From Alphaproteobacteria bacterium (lineage in GTDB: Bacteria > Pseudomonadota > Alphaproteobacteria > Bin95), in contig CBDBGH010000003.1 of the NCBI GenBank assembly GCA_965205265.1, positions 4,320,001 through 4,384,000 of the forward strand: a DNA stretch of 64,000 nt, written 5' to 3'. The position numbers and the translations under genes are program-made. The notes beneath the pieces were generated by a model, which saw nothing but the letters and a program-made list of their open reading frames with translations, was not told the origin of the DNA and searched no databases. Positions within the stretch are counted from its first letter, which is position 1. Each line of letters begins with the position of its first letter. Of this stretch, positions 9,483-19,993 are shown piece by piece.

Positions 9483-10250
9483 TCAGCTGCCGGACCATAC
9501 CGGCGCGCGCTTCTCCCTGAACGCGGCGACGCCTTCGTCGGCATCGCGGCTCTGCAACGCCGCGACAAGGCTCGGCAGGCGGGCATTGCGGGCTTCCGGA
9601 ACAGTCAGATGCGCGGTGTCGTTGGCCGAACGCTTGATTGCCCTGAGGCTGAGGGGCGCGCAGACGAGGATATCACGGACCCAGGCGTCGACCGCGTCGT
9701 CCAGCTCATCGAGAGGCGCGACCTGGTTGACCAGGCCGTGCTCCAGCGCCTCCGCAGCGTCGATCCGCCGGCCGGTCAGCAACAGTCCCATGGCAAGGGC
9801 CCGGGGAAGCCGGCGCGGCAGCGTGACCATACCGTCGAGCGGCAGGCGCCCGACCCGCGGCTCCGGCAGGCCGAACGACGCCGTATCCGCGGCGACGACA
9901 AGATCGCAACCGAGCACCATCTCAAATCCGCCGCCAAGCGCAATGCCATTGACTTTGGCAATGACGGGCACGGAGGGACGGCGGCCGAGCGCGAGGCCGC
10001 CGAAACCGTGGTCGCCGGTGCGGGCCCAGTAGGCCAGCCCGCCGGGGCCGTCTTCCTTCATGTCCGCGCCCGCGCAGAAGGCGCGGCCGGCGCCGGTGAG
10101 GACCGCGCAGCGAATCGCGGGATCGAGGTCGATTGCTTCCCAGGCTTCTCCGAGCGCCGCCTCGGTCGCAGCGTCCACGGCGTTCATCCGCTCCGGCCGG
10201 TTCAGCGTGATGCGGGCGACGCCGTCGGAGATATCGAACCCGACGCTCAT
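9483..10250 (-). CDS. enoyl-CoA hydratase/crotonase family (CaiD-like)
   Basis: LNRPERMNA, RAFCAGADM, ALGGGFE, FGLPE motifs. Confidence 0.92.
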   Translation of the reverse strand: MSVGFDISDGVARITLNRPERMNAVDAATEAALGEAWEAIDLDPAIRCAVLTGAGRAFCAGADMKEDGPGGLAYWARTGDHGFGGLALGRRPSVPVIAKVNGIALGGGFEMVLGCDLVVAADTASFGLPEPRVGRLPLDGMVTLPRRLPRALAMGLLLTGRRIDAAEALEHGLVNQVAPLDELDDAVDAWVRDILVCAPLSLRAIKRSANDTAHLTVPEARNARLPSLVAALQSRDADEGVAAFREKRAPVWSGS

Positions 10251-11431
10251 GCGGCATCCTCGCCGGAGCGCGCAGGCGCGAGCACCTCGTCATTGTGCTC
10301 CCCTAGCGCCGGCGGCGCGCGGCGAACGGCGAACGGAGCCGCCGACATGTCGATGGGCGAGGCTACGAGACGCACCGGTCCCGCTGCCGTCGGCTCGATC
10401 TCCGCGATCATTTCGTTGCACGCGGTCTGCGGATCCTCGAGCGCATCCGCCAAGGTCATCACCGGGGCGCACAGGATATCGACGGCGCCGAGCCGCTCCA
10501 GCCAGTGCGCGGTGGTATCGGTCGCAAAGTGGTCCCGGAAAATCGCCTGCAGGTCGGACCGGTGCTCCTTCTGCCGGTCCAGGTCGGCGTATCTCGGGTC
10601 GGCGGTAAGGTCGTCGATGCCCAGCGCCGTGCAGATGTCGCGCAACGGGTGCTCCTTGAAGGCTCCGACCATGACCACGGCGCCGTCGAGGGTCTCGAAC
10701 ACGCCGGACAGCGGCATGGCGGCCCAGTTGAGTTCCCGCCCGCGCATCATCCACATCGCCGCCTCCTGCATCTGCATCGCCAGCATCGAATTGAAGAGCG
10801 ACACGGCGATCCGCTGCCCTTCGCCGGTTTTCTCGCGCTGAAGCAGCGCCATCAGAATGCCCTGGACGAGATGCATGCCGGCCGCGTAGTCGGCGAGCGC
10901 CGTCGGATAGACGGATAACGGGACCGAAGGGTCCGAGCGCCTGTGCATCGCGCCGCTCATCGCCTGGGCGAGAACGTCCTGGCCGCCCTTGCGCACATAG
11001 GGGCCGTCCAGGCCGAAGCCGGTGCCGACGGCGTAAACGATCCGTGGATTGATGCGGCGCAGGTCGTCATAGCCGAACCCCATGCGCTCCATGACACCGG
11101 GCCGGAAGTTGTTCACCACCACGTCAGAGGTCTCGACGAGCCGCAGCACCGCCGCCCGGTCTTCCTCCGTCTTCAGGTCGAGCGCGACGCTGCGCTTGTT
11201 GCGGTTGAGGCTCGCGAACACCGGGTTGTTGCCGCCATCTGGGTCTTCGCCGACGCTCCAGCGGGAGAGGTCGCCCCACCCGGCGCGCTCGATCTTGATG
11301 ACGTCGGCGCCGTAGTCGCCCAGCATCTGCGTGCAGCACGGGCCCATCATCACCTGCGTGAAGTCAAGCACCCGAACGCCTTCGAGCGGGAGCGGGCGGG
11401 CGGCGCCAGCGTTCGAATCCGGCGACATCAC
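10247..11431 (-). CDS. family III CoA-transferase (CaiB/BaiF)
   Basis: LEGVRVLDF, GADVIKIE, NRNKRS, NFRPG, ALADYAAG motifs. Confidence 0.93.
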   Translation of the reverse strand: MMSPDSNAGAARPLPLEGVRVLDFTQVMMGPCCTQMLGDYGADVIKIERAGWGDLSRWSVGEDPDGGNNPVFASLNRNKRSVALDLKTEEDRAAVLRLVETSDVVVNNFRPGVMERMGFGYDDLRRINPRIVYAVGTGFGLDGPYVRKGGQDVLAQAMSGAMHRRSDPSVPLSVYPTALADYAAGMHLVQGILMALLQREKTGEGQRIAVSLFNSMLAMQMQEAAMWMMRGRELNWAAMPLSGVFETLDGAVVMVGAFKEHPLRDICTALGIDDLTADPRYADLDRQKEHRSDLQAIFRDHFATDTTAHWLERLGAVDILCAPVMTLADALEDPQTACNEMIAEIEPTAAGPVRLVASPIDMSAAPFAVRRAPPALGEHNDEVLAPARSGEDAA

Positions 11432-12789
11432 GCAGCCTCCGGCACCCGGGCGTTGCCGGCCGGCACGTCGCCCGGGTCGGCGCCCTGGGCGCGCATCTGC
11501 CTCTGGACGGCGCGCACGTCCACTTCGCGGACCAGCATGCCGCCGTCGAGCGCCTGGGCGGCGGCGATGCCGGCGGCCTCGCCCATCGCCATGCAGGGCG
11601 GGATCTCGCGGCTGACCTTCTGCGCCTGCGGCGTCGCCGAGTAGTGGCGCCCGGCCACGAGGACCTGCTCCACGCCCACCGGCAGCAGGGCGCGGTAGGG
11701 GGTGTAGTAGTCACGGCCGCGGCAAACGGAGTCGTGGAAATGCACGCGCTCCATGACATCGCGCTTGGTAACCACATACTCGCCTTCGAGCAGGCGGGTC
11801 TGGCGCACGCCGGTCTGGGGAGCGAAATCCACGACATAGGCGCGCTCGAAGCCCGGAATGTGTTCGCGTGCGAATTCCAGCAATGCCTGCATGCGCCGCC
11901 GGCCCTCGAACTCCGCCGCCGTCAGGTCCGCCACCTTCATGCCGTCGAAGCCGGTCATGTGCGGGCAGTTGCACCACACCACGCCGGGGAGCGGCGTCTT
12001 CAACCACCAGTACTGCCAGGAGCCGCCGATCAGGCTCTTCGCCTGCTTGTCGAGCTCGGCGAACCGTTCAGGCTCCTCGAACTGGAAGCGTTCCGCTTCA
12101 TCGGTATCGACGCCGCCCATGCGCGAGACAGTCGTGACGATGAAGGCGCCCTCGGCGAAAGGAGCGCCGGCGCTCGCCGCGACATCCAGGTCGCCGGTGG
12201 CGTCGATGACGACTTCGGCCCGAATGGCCTGCGGCCCCTCCTTGGTTTCGACGATCACGCCTCTGGCCCGCCCGTCTTCGACGATGGCGGACTGGAACCA
12301 GCTGTGCAGGCGCAGCTCGACGCCGGCCTCCCGCACCATGTCGAGCGACGCCTGCTTGAAGCCGTCCGGATCGAAGGCTGCGGCGAAGATGACGGGGTGG
12401 GGCTTGGTGCGCGTGTGGAAGTCGAACACGCCCCAGCGGGACCACTTCCGCCAGAGCGCCTCGGTCGCCCGGATTGCGGGGTCGCGGTCCGCTTCCGGCG
12501 GATAGACGCACAGCCCTCTGGCGTGCATGCGCTCGATGACCTCCATCGCGAGGCCGCGCACCGAGATTTCCGTGTCGTTATGCATGTCGTCCAGCACCAG
12601 CACCATGCCGCCGGAGGCGAGGCCGCCGAGATAGGGATAGCGCTCGACCAGCACTGTCGGCGCGCCGTTGCGCGCGGCCGATACCGCTGCCGCGACGCCG
12701 GCCGGTCCGCCGCCCACGACCGCAACGCCGGCGGTAGCGACGACCGGCACCCGGGCCTCGGGCCGGGTCAGTGTTTCCGGAAGTGGCAT
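11428..12789 (-). CDS. FAD-dependent oxidoreductase
   Basis: VVGGGPAG, ERYPYLGG, IDATGD, PYRALLP, AMGEAAG motifs. Confidence 0.9.
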   Translation of the reverse strand: MPLPETLTRPEARVPVVATAGVAVVGGGPAGVAAAVSAARNGAPTVLVERYPYLGGLASGGMVLVLDDMHNDTEISVRGLAMEVIERMHARGLCVYPPEADRDPAIRATEALWRKWSRWGVFDFHTRTKPHPVIFAAAFDPDGFKQASLDMVREAGVELRLHSWFQSAIVEDGRARGVIVETKEGPQAIRAEVVIDATGDLDVAASAGAPFAEGAFIVTTVSRMGGVDTDEAERFQFEEPERFAELDKQAKSLIGGSWQYWWLKTPLPGVVWCNCPHMTGFDGMKVADLTAAEFEGRRRMQALLEFAREHIPGFERAYVVDFAPQTGVRQTRLLEGEYVVTKRDVMERVHFHDSVCRGRDYYTPYRALLPVGVEQVLVAGRHYSATPQAQKVSREIPPCMAMGEAAGIAAAQALDGGMLVREVDVRAVQRQMRAQGADPGDVPAGNARVPEAA

Positions 12790-12859
12790 GTGCTTGTCTC
12801 CGTCGTCTGTTCTCTATCGAGCGCCGGACGCGGGCCGGCGCGATTCCGGGTCGGTCCGC

Positions 12860-13699
12860 TCAGAAGACCGCGCCGGGCTTCCATTTCAGGATCCGCCGTT
12901 CGAGGAGGGTCGTGGTCACGAAGAACGCGACCGCCAGGCCCGCCCCCAGGATCACGGTGGCGTAGAGCAGCGGCGCGCGGAAGTTGTAGGTAGCCTCGAT
13001 GATGAGCGAGCCCAGGCCGTAGTTGGAACCGATCCACTCGCCGACGATGGCGCCGATGACGCAGGTGGTCGATGCGATCTTCAATGCCGCGAAGAGGAAC
13101 GGCAGGGAACTCTGCAGCCTGATCTTCCACAGGATTTCCCGGTCGCTGGCCGACAGCACCCGCATCAGCTCCAGCATTTGCGGGCTGACCGCCTTGAGGC
13201 CGCGCACCATGTTGACCAGGGTGGGGAAGAAGCAGATGAGCGCGGCGATGACGATCTTCGGCGCATAGCCGTTGCCGAGAATCAGCACCAGGATCGGCGC
13301 AATGGCGATGATCGGGATGGTGTTTATGAAGACCGCGATCGGGTAGAAGGCGCGCTCCGCCAGCCGGCTATGGACGAACCACACCGCCAGCACCACCGCA
13401 ATGGAGTTGCCGAGCGCGAACCCGGCAACCGCTTCGAGCAGGGTCGGCCAGAAGTTGATCCACAGGATTTCGCCCTGTTCGAAGAACACCCGGAGGACCT
13501 GGACCAGGCTCGGCGCGATGTAGCTCGGCACGCCGAACCCGGTGACGACGAGTTGCCAGAGCGCCAGCATCCCCGCCGCTGCGATGAGCGGCGGCGCATG
13601 GCGGAAGCGACGGCCGGCCGGGCGTTCGATGCGGATGGCCCGGCGGCTGCCGGCAGTCGCCGCACGGGCGCCTTTGCCTTCGATGCCCGCCATGGTCAT
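12860..13699 (-). CDS. ABC transporter permease (NitT/TauT type)
   Basis: Multiple TM segments; FFPTLVN, GAIVGEW motifs. Confidence 0.9.
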   Translation of the reverse strand: MTMAGIEGKGARAATAGSRRAIRIERPAGRRFRHAPPLIAAAGMLALWQLVVTGFGVPSYIAPSLVQVLRVFFEQGEILWINFWPTLLEAVAGFALGNSIAVVLAVWFVHSRLAERAFYPIAVFINTIPIIAIAPILVLILGNGYAPKIVIAALICFFPTLVNMVRGLKAVSPQMLELMRVLSASDREILWKIRLQSSLPFLFAALKIASTTCVIGAIVGEWIGSNYGLGSLIIEATYNFRAPLLYATVILGAGLAVAFFVTTTLLERRILKWKPGAVF

Positions 13700-14508
13700 C
13701 GCGCGTCCTCCAGCAGGCTGCGCAGATGAGCGGTGACTTGCACGAATTCCAGCGTGTCGCGCATGGCCAGGGCCCTCGGCTCGGCGAAGTCGATGCTCAC
13801 GAATTCGCGCACGCGGCCGGGCTGGGCCGACAGCACCAGGCACTTCTGGCCGAGGAACGCCGCCTCGGGCACCGAGTGGGTGACGAACATGATGGTGGTG
13901 CCGGTCTCCCGCCAGATGCGCAGCAGCTCCTCGTTGAGCTTGTCGCGGGTGATCTCGTCCAGCGCGCCGAAGGGCTCGTCCATCAGCAGCACGCGCGGCC
14001 GGTAAACCAGTGCCCGGGCGATGGACACCCGCTGGCGCATGCCGCCCGACAGCTCGTGCGGCAGAGCATTCTCCCGCCCTTCCAGGCCAACCAACGCCAG
14101 CAGCGCTTCGGGCTCCGCATGCTGCTCCATGGCGCCGCTTTGCCGTCCGACTTCCAGCGGCAGGCGGACATTGTCGATGGCGCTGCGCCAGGGCAAAAGC
14201 GTCGCGTCCTGGAAGACGAAGGCGAAGTCGCGCGCGCGGCGCGCCTGCTCCGGCGTGCGATCGAAGACGCGTATGGCGCCGTCCGCGATCGGAACCAGGT
14301 CCGCGATGGCGCGCAGCAAGGTTGACTTGCCGCAGCCCGACGGCCCCAGCATGGTAACGAAGCCGCCTTCCGGAACCTCGAAGCCGACCCTGTCCAACGC
14401 GGTGATGCTGCCGGCATCTGAGTCGAAGCGAACCGCCAGCTCCCGCACCGAGATTGCCGCGGCGGCGGAGGTCTCAGCCTCCGCCGCCGCGGCAGTGGCA
14501 GCAATCAT
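13696..14508 (-). CDS. ABC transporter ATP-binding protein (NitT/TauT type)
   Basis: [28 protein letters not shown] motifs. Confidence 0.95.
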   Translation of the reverse strand: MIAATAAAAEAETSAAAAISVRELAVRFDSDAGSITALDRVGFEVPEGGFVTMLGPSGCGKSTLLRAIADLVPIADGAIRVFDRTPEQARRARDFAFVFQDATLLPWRSAIDNVRLPLEVGRQSGAMEQHAEPEALLALVGLEGRENALPHELSGGMRQRVSIARALVYRPRVLLMDEPFGALDEITRDKLNEELLRIWRETGTTIMFVTHSVPEAAFLGQKCLVLSAQPGRVREFVSIDFAEPRALAMRDTLEFVQVTAHLRSLLEDAR

Positions 14509-15551
14509 CCAATCTGCTTCCTCAGCGATTCCGTCGCCGCCAGGATATCGGTGGTCATGACGTCGTCCACAGTCGGCGTTGCGCCCATGAACTGCTTCAG
14601 CTTGGCATAGGTGTCGATCTGCGCCTGCCAGTTGGCCGGATTCATCGCCGCCCAGCCGTCCTTTGCCGTCGTATCGTTGAACGAGAAGCCGAGCACGGGG
14701 CCGACCGCATCAAGTTCGCTCTCACGGCTCAGGTTCTTGTACTCCGCCACCAGGTGGTCGACACCGGCCTCCGGATTCTTGCGGGCCGCCCCCCACCCTC
14801 GGGCGGACCCGGTGAGGAAGCGGGCTAGCACGTCGGCGTGGTTCGCCAGCATGTCGTCGGTGGTGTAGTACACGTTGGCGTAGAGTTGGATGCCGGCGTC
14901 CCACAGCATCATGTCGACGCGGCCGTCGCCGAGCACCTTGAGCGCGTTGGTGTTGGTCATCCAGCCCGTGACGGCGGCCGCCTGGCCGGTCATGAGCTGG
15001 TTCATGTCGCTGCCCATCTTGACCACTTCGACCCGGTCTTCGGCGATGCCGTTCTTGGCGAGCAGCGCCCGGAGCAGGATGACCGCCGTCGGCTGGGTGG
15101 CGATGGTCTTGCCGACCATGTCCTGCGGGGTGCGGATGGGGTTGTCCTCGAGTGAGAAGTAGGTGAACGGATGCTTCTGGTAGCCTGCGGCGAACGCCTT
15201 GATCGGGATGCCGGCGGAGCGGGCCAGCATCAGGGACGGGCTGGAGGAGAGCTGGCCGGTCTGCGCCCGCCCGGCTGCCACCGAGGCGACGCCGTCCACG
15301 CCGGGACCGCCAGGCGTGACCTCAAGCTCGATGCCTTCCTCTTCGTAGAAGCCCATGCGCTTGGCCACGACCTCGCCCATGATGCCGTTGCTGGCGAGCC
15401 AGCCGAGCTGCATGTTGACCTTCGCCTTGCCGGCGGCCAGCGCCTCCACTGTGACGAACGAGGACGCAGCCGCGGCTCCACCCAGGGCAGCGCCGTATTT
15501 CAGGAACCGGCGACGGCGGGGTGAAGCGGGGACATGATTGTGCGTTGCCAT
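14505..15551 (-). CDS. ABC substrate-binding protein, NMT1/THI5-like, Tat-exported
   Basis: RRRRFLK twin-arginine signal; [16 protein letters not shown] motifs. Confidence 0.88.
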   Translation of the reverse strand: MATHNHVPASPRRRRFLKYGAALGGAAAASSFVTVEALAAGKAKVNMQLGWLASNGIMGEVVAKRMGFYEEEGIELEVTPGGPGVDGVASVAAGRAQTGQLSSSPSLMLARSAGIPIKAFAAGYQKHPFTYFSLEDNPIRTPQDMVGKTIATQPTAVILLRALLAKNGIAEDRVEVVKMGSDMNQLMTGQAAAVTGWMTNTNALKVLGDGRVDMMLWDAGIQLYANVYYTTDDMLANHADVLARFLTGSARGWGAARKNPEAGVDHLVAEYKNLSRESELDAVGPVLGFSFNDTTAKDGWAAMNPANWQAQIDTYAKLKQFMGATPTVDDVMTTDILAATESLRKQIG

Positions 15552-15629
15552 TGGTGACCTCCCTGGTGACCGCCAGACGACGATAGCCCTGCGAAGCGTT
15601 CGCGAGGATTACAATTTTTCGTTCTATGC

Positions 15630-15646
15630 GTTGCCGAATTGGCAAC
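15630..15646. promoter_or_regulatory. putative LysR box
   Basis: Dyad GTTGCC-GAATT-GGCAAC containing T-N11-A, about 80-95 bp upstream of the operon start. Confidence 0.55.
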
Positions 15647-15750
15647 AGCTCGCGATGGTTATGCTCGGTCGAAATGGCCGCGCTCTGCGCGGAGATGTTC
15701 GCCAATTTGCGGATCGACGCCGAGTTCATTGCGGCCCTGAAACCCAGGCG

Positions 15751-16353
15751 TTACCCCGGATCGTCGTCCGAGGTCGAAATCCTTCGCGATCCTGTTACCC
15801 ACTCGTCGAGCTCGGCCCTCACATAGCGCACGCGGTTGCCCAAGCGGTAGTAAGGCGGGCCATCGCCCGTGACGCGATAGCGGTTCATCGTGCGCACCGA
15901 GAGACCGAGATATTCGGCCGCCTCGCGGTTGTTCAGGTATTTGGCTCGAGTAGTCGGTGCCGTTTCCTCCGAAGAGCCCCGTTCCGAATCTCCGCCATCC
16001 CCGGCACCCCCGGGGCAAGGCCATGACACGCGCTGCGACGCGCTCGTAGAGGGGATCGGCGCCGCCGGCGGTCTGGCCGAGGATGATACGCGCAAGCCGC
16101 CTCGCCTGGTCGGCGTGGTCTTGTCGTACCGGCCGATCACGACCCGTTTGTTGTGCGCCTTCCGGCCGCGGTCGCCGGTGCGGTAGTTGACGATGAAGGA
16201 CTTGGTGCCACCAGGACGGATGCACACGCCGAAGCCGGTCAGCTTGTCGTCCCAGGCGATCCAGGACTTGTCGGTCGGCTGGAGCGTATCGATGATCCGC
16301 TTGGTGAGCGTGGTGCGCGGCTTGGCCGTCCGTTTTCCGGGAGTCGGTGGCAT
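15751..16353 (-). pseudogene. integrase arm-binding domain remnant read through into an excisionase-like HTH (HTH_17)
   Basis: WDDKLTGFGVCIRPGGTKSFIVNYR arm domain; the natural continuation DQARRLAR is in another frame; C-terminal YLNNREAAEYLGLSVRTMNRYRVTGDGPPY HTH. Confidence 0.7.
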
Positions 16354-16614
16354 GGAATTCGTTCGGTTGTCGGTTAGCGAAGCCACCCCCAATACTCACC
16401 CCGTCTACCCGGCTAACACACCGAGACCAGGAACTAAAATGCCTGGCATGACCGAATCCATGCGTGCACAGCATGACCTCGGCGGTCGAGGGCGATCCGG
16501 GGATCGAGAACCATGTGGACGCCGCGCTAGGACGCCTTTCGTGTGGAGGGTTGGCAAGGCTCGGGAGCGGTCCCGGTGGGGAGCGCGGACCGGGTTCAGG
16601 CCTGCACTTTACCG

Positions 16615-19600
16615 TCAGCTCGCTTTCGAGATCACGCCCGTGTTGACTTCTTCGAGCTTGTCGAAGATCCCCTCGATGACGTTCGATTTGTCGCTGAACA
16701 GTTCCTCCGGCCCGCCCCCGTGAATGCCGCTGAACGGCGCTTCGTAGAGGGCGGACGCCTCCATGATCCCCCTGGCGGTCAACTGGTCGATGACCATTTC
16801 GACGAAGCGGATCTGCGGCGGGTTCAGGCTGTGATCGTTCAGGAACTCCGAGAAGGCGGCCTGCGCGGCCGCGCGGTCGAGGCCCATCAGGGCGCGGACG
16901 AAGTGCGCCAGCGACGGCGCCTCGCTTCGGGCCAGCAGCCCCGTAAGCAGCGTCTTCCCATCCTCTTCGCCGACCTCGACGAGAGCCACCTCCAGCGCCG
17001 CCAGGTCGGCCTCGGTCAGGGGCTGGTTGGTCCGCAATTTGTGGATCACCAGGTGGTCCTTGTGGCTGTCCAGGTAGGTCCTCACCTTCCTCTCGTATTG
17101 GGCGCTGGTCATCTTCGGCATGGGGATCGGCTCGTCGTCCCTCACCCTCAGTATCTCGTCCTCGAAATCGGTGTAGACGATGGTCCGCTTCTTCCTGTCC
17201 AGCAACGGCACCAGCCCGCGCAGGCGCACCCGCAAGTCCTCAAGGCGGGCGAGGTTCATTCCCTCCCAGAACTCGAACTCCTGCATGGCGGCCAGATAAT
17301 CGAGTTGGGCCTTCACGGCCGGGATGGCGCTCTTCTCCTCCAGGAGCGATGCGATCTCGACCATCCGCTGCCGGCGCGTTTCGTAGGCGCCCTGATCTCC
17401 TTCCGCGAATGCGAGCTGCATGGTCAACGCCGTGAGATCGAACAATAGAGACTCGATTTCGTCCGTTTCGGTCCCGCTGGGCAGACCGGCGACGTTGCGC
17501 TGGAGGCGCTCGATGTCGTCCTCGCCGAGCCGGTTCCAGGCGCCGCGCTCCCGGTAGCGGTCCACATCCTCCAGATGCATTCGGACGATGAAGTTGTCGC
17601 GGTTCATTGCCGCGACCTCGCCGTGGAGCTCATCGGTCAGCGAGCTTGCAAGCCCGCCGCCCTCGTCCAGGTCCGGCGTTCTCTGCACACGGGCCAGCAA
17701 CTGAACGCGGGACCGGAACAGCCGCGTTCCCAGCGGAACGGCTTCTCCGCTCTCGATGCCATCCGGGTTTTCCCGGAAGAAGTCGAAGTTGAAACAGAAA
17801 TCGAAGATCCGGAAGTCCTGCTTGTCTTTGTCCGGCCCGAACAGTTCGGGACACAGCCGGGTGCCCCGGCCGATCATTTGCCAGAACTTGATCTTGGAAT
17901 AGACCGGCTTGAAGAAGACCAGGTTAGCGACTTCGGGAATGTCGATGCCCGTATCCAGCATATCCACCGAGATGGCGATGTGCGGCGCCTTGTCCTTTTG
18001 CGAGAAGTCGTCGATCAGGCTTTGGGGATACTTGGCGTAATGGTCGATGACGCGCGCGAAGTGCCCCCTGCAGTGAGGGTAGTGGTGATTGAACCGCTCC
18101 TCGATGAACTTTGCGTGCTCGTGGTTGCGGGCGAATATGATCGTCTTGGCGAGACGGTCGCCGCCGGCGACCGTATGTCCGTTCACCATCAGGTGTTGCA
18201 GCACCTTGTCGACGGTATCCTCGTTGAACAGCCAACTGTTGATTGCGGCGGCATTGACGCGGTCCGGTAACTCTCCTGGCTCCGCATCGTCCCCCCAATC
18301 GAGGCTTTCCCACTGCTCCTTTTCTTCGTCGCTGAGGGAATTGTAATCGATTCCTTCGCGAGGGAATTTCAGATCGACCTGTTGACCCCGAGGAGGGACC
18401 AGGAATCCGTCGGCCACCGCCGTTTCAAGTTCGTAGGCGTCCGTCGGCACGCCCGGCTCCAGGTCGAAGAGCTGGTAGGTATTCCGGTCCACCTGGTCGC
18501 GCGGCGTCGCGGTCAGCCCGACCAGCAGGGAATCGAAGTAGCGGAAGATCGTGCCGTACCTCCGGTAGACCGACCGGTGGGCCTCGTCGATGATCACCAG
18601 ATCGAAATGGCCGACGCCGAAACGCGCCTCGCCGCCTTTGGTCTCGTCGATCAACCCCATCATGGTCGGATAGGTGCTGACATAGACCCGGCCCTCGGTC
18701 TCCTTCTCGGTCACCAGGTTGACCGGGCTCGACTCCGGCAGGTGGGTCTTGAAGGCGTTGACGGCCTGATTGACCAGGGACACCCGGTCGGCCAGGAACA
18801 ATGCCCGCTTGATCCAGCCTGCCCGCTGAAGGAGGTCCACCAGCGCGATGGCCGTCCGCGTCTTGCCGGTGCCGGTGGCCATCACCAGCAGCGCCTTGCG
18901 CCGCGACTTGGCGAACTGGTCTCCGATGCTGGCGATGGCCCGCTTCTGGTAGTAGCGCTCGACGATGGCATCCTTCACCTGGGCGACATCGAGCGGCTGT
19001 CGCTGTTCGCGGCGGTGGATGAGGGTTGTGAGTTCGTCCTTCTTGTAGAAGCCGGCGGCGGCCCGGGGCGGGTAGGCAAGGTCGTCCCACAGAAACGTCT
19101 TGTAGCCGTTGGTGTAGAAGATGACCGGCCGTTGGCCGTGCATGGCTTCCAGGCAGTCGGCGTAGAGCTTCGCCTGCTGCTGGCCCGCCTCCGGTGCGAT
19201 TGTGGTCCTTTTCGCTTCCACCACGGCCAGCGGCTTGCCGTCGTCGCCCCAGAGAACATAGTCCGCATAGCCGACGCCTTTCTCGTTCGGCATGCCGGTG
19301 ACTTCGTACTCCCGGTCTTGGGGCCGGTCCAAGGCCCACCCGGCCCGCTGCAAGTCGAGGTCGATAAGCCGCTCGCGGGTCTCGGCCTCGTTCCAGTCGT
19401 GGGTCTCGGGGACCGTGTCGTTTTCGGCCTTGATCGCGGCGAGCTTCTCGCGGAGCGCTTCCAGCTCGCCCTCGGCTTCCTTCCTGTCTTCCTCCGCCGC
19501 GTCCCGCTCGGCCTCCAGCGCTTCGATGGCCGCGGGCTTGGCCACGGGCTCCCCCTTGGGAACCAGCGACTCGTCGTATGTCCTGCCCTGGAGTTCCTCC

Positions 19601-19992
19601 GCCCCCTTGCGCAGGTACGTGCGGCCCGCCCAGTAGGCGACGTGGAACAGCTCGCGCAGGACGGCGAGGGCGGTCTCGGGCGTCGGCGTCTTGTTGCCGT
19701 GCACGGCCACGTTGCCCGCACGCCGGATATACTCGGCCTTTTGCCATACGGCCTCGGGCGCCAGCGCTTGGAACGCCGGCTCATGAAGGTAGGCGTCCAG
19801 GTTGGTGGTCTGCGGCGGGCTCAGGGCCTTGTCGACTTTGTAGATGCGTTTCAGCAGCCGCTCCAACGCAAGCCGGGCGTGGAAGCAGGACGCCCGCGGA
19901 TCGCCATGGACGTGACGCTCCGCGTAGCTTGCGCTCTCCGCCACATGCACGAATTCCTGCTCCAGGAACGCGAAGTTGGCGGAGGTCTCCAT
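16615..19992 (-). CDS. hsdR: type I restriction enzyme R subunit (EcoAI/EcoEI-like)
   Basis: ADYVL..AVVEAK nuclease motif; MATGTGKT, DEAHR, LTATP, LDTGID, QMIGRGTR helicase motifs. Confidence 0.95.
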   Translation of the reverse strand: METSANFAFLEQEFVHVAESASYAERHVHGDPRASCFHARLALERLLKRIYKVDKALSPPQTTNLDAYLHEPAFQALAPEAVWQKAEYIRRAGNVAVHGNKTPTPETALAVLRELFHVAYWAGRTYLRKGAEELQGRTYDESLVPKGEPVAKPAAIEALEAERDAAEEDRKEAEGELEALREKLAAIKAENDTVPETHDWNEAETRERLIDLDLQRAGWALDRPQDREYEVTGMPNEKGVGYADYVLWGDDGKPLAVVEAKRTTIAPEAGQQQAKLYADCLEAMHGQRPVIFYTNGYKTFLWDDLAYPPRAAAGFYKKDELTTLIHRREQRQPLDVAQVKDAIVERYYQKRAIASIGDQFAKSRRKALLVMATGTGKTRTAIALVDLLQRAGWIKRALFLADRVSLVNQAVNAFKTHLPESSPVNLVTEKETEGRVYVSTYPTMMGLIDETKGGEARFGVGHFDLVIIDEAHRSVYRRYGTIFRYFDSLLVGLTATPRDQVDRNTYQLFDLEPGVPTDAYELETAVADGFLVPPRGQQVDLKFPREGIDYNSLSDEEKEQWESLDWGDDAEPGELPDRVNAAAINSWLFNEDTVDKVLQHLMVNGHTVAGGDRLAKTIIFARNHEHAKFIEERFNHHYPHCRGHFARVIDHYAKYPQSLIDDFSQKDKAPHIAISVDMLDTGIDIPEVANLVFFKPVYSKIKFWQMIGRGTRLCPELFGPDKDKQDFRIFDFCFNFDFFRENPDGIESGEAVPLGTRLFRSRVQLLARVQRTPDLDEGGGLASSLTDELHGEVAAMNRDNFIVRMHLEDVDRYRERGAWNRLGEDDIERLQRNVAGLPSGTETDEIESLLFDLTALTMQLAFAEGDQGAYETRRQRMVEIASLLEEKSAIPAVKAQLDYLAAMQEFEFWEGMNLARLEDLRVRLRGLVPLLDRKKRTIVYTDFEDEILRVRDDEPIPMPKMTSAQYERKVRTYLDSHKDHLVIHKLRTNQPLTEADLAALEVALVEVGEEDGKTLLTGLLARSEAPSLAHFVRALMGLDRAAAQAAFSEFLNDHSLNPPQIRFVEMVIDQLTARGIMEASALYEAPFSGIHGGGPEELFSDKSNVIEGIFDKLEEVNTGVISKAS

Positions 19993-19993
19993 T
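19466..19993 (+). repeat. 528-bp target duplication of IS1634 copy 1, left copy
   Basis: TCGCCCTCGG...CTCCATT matches 21910-22437. Confidence 0.92.
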
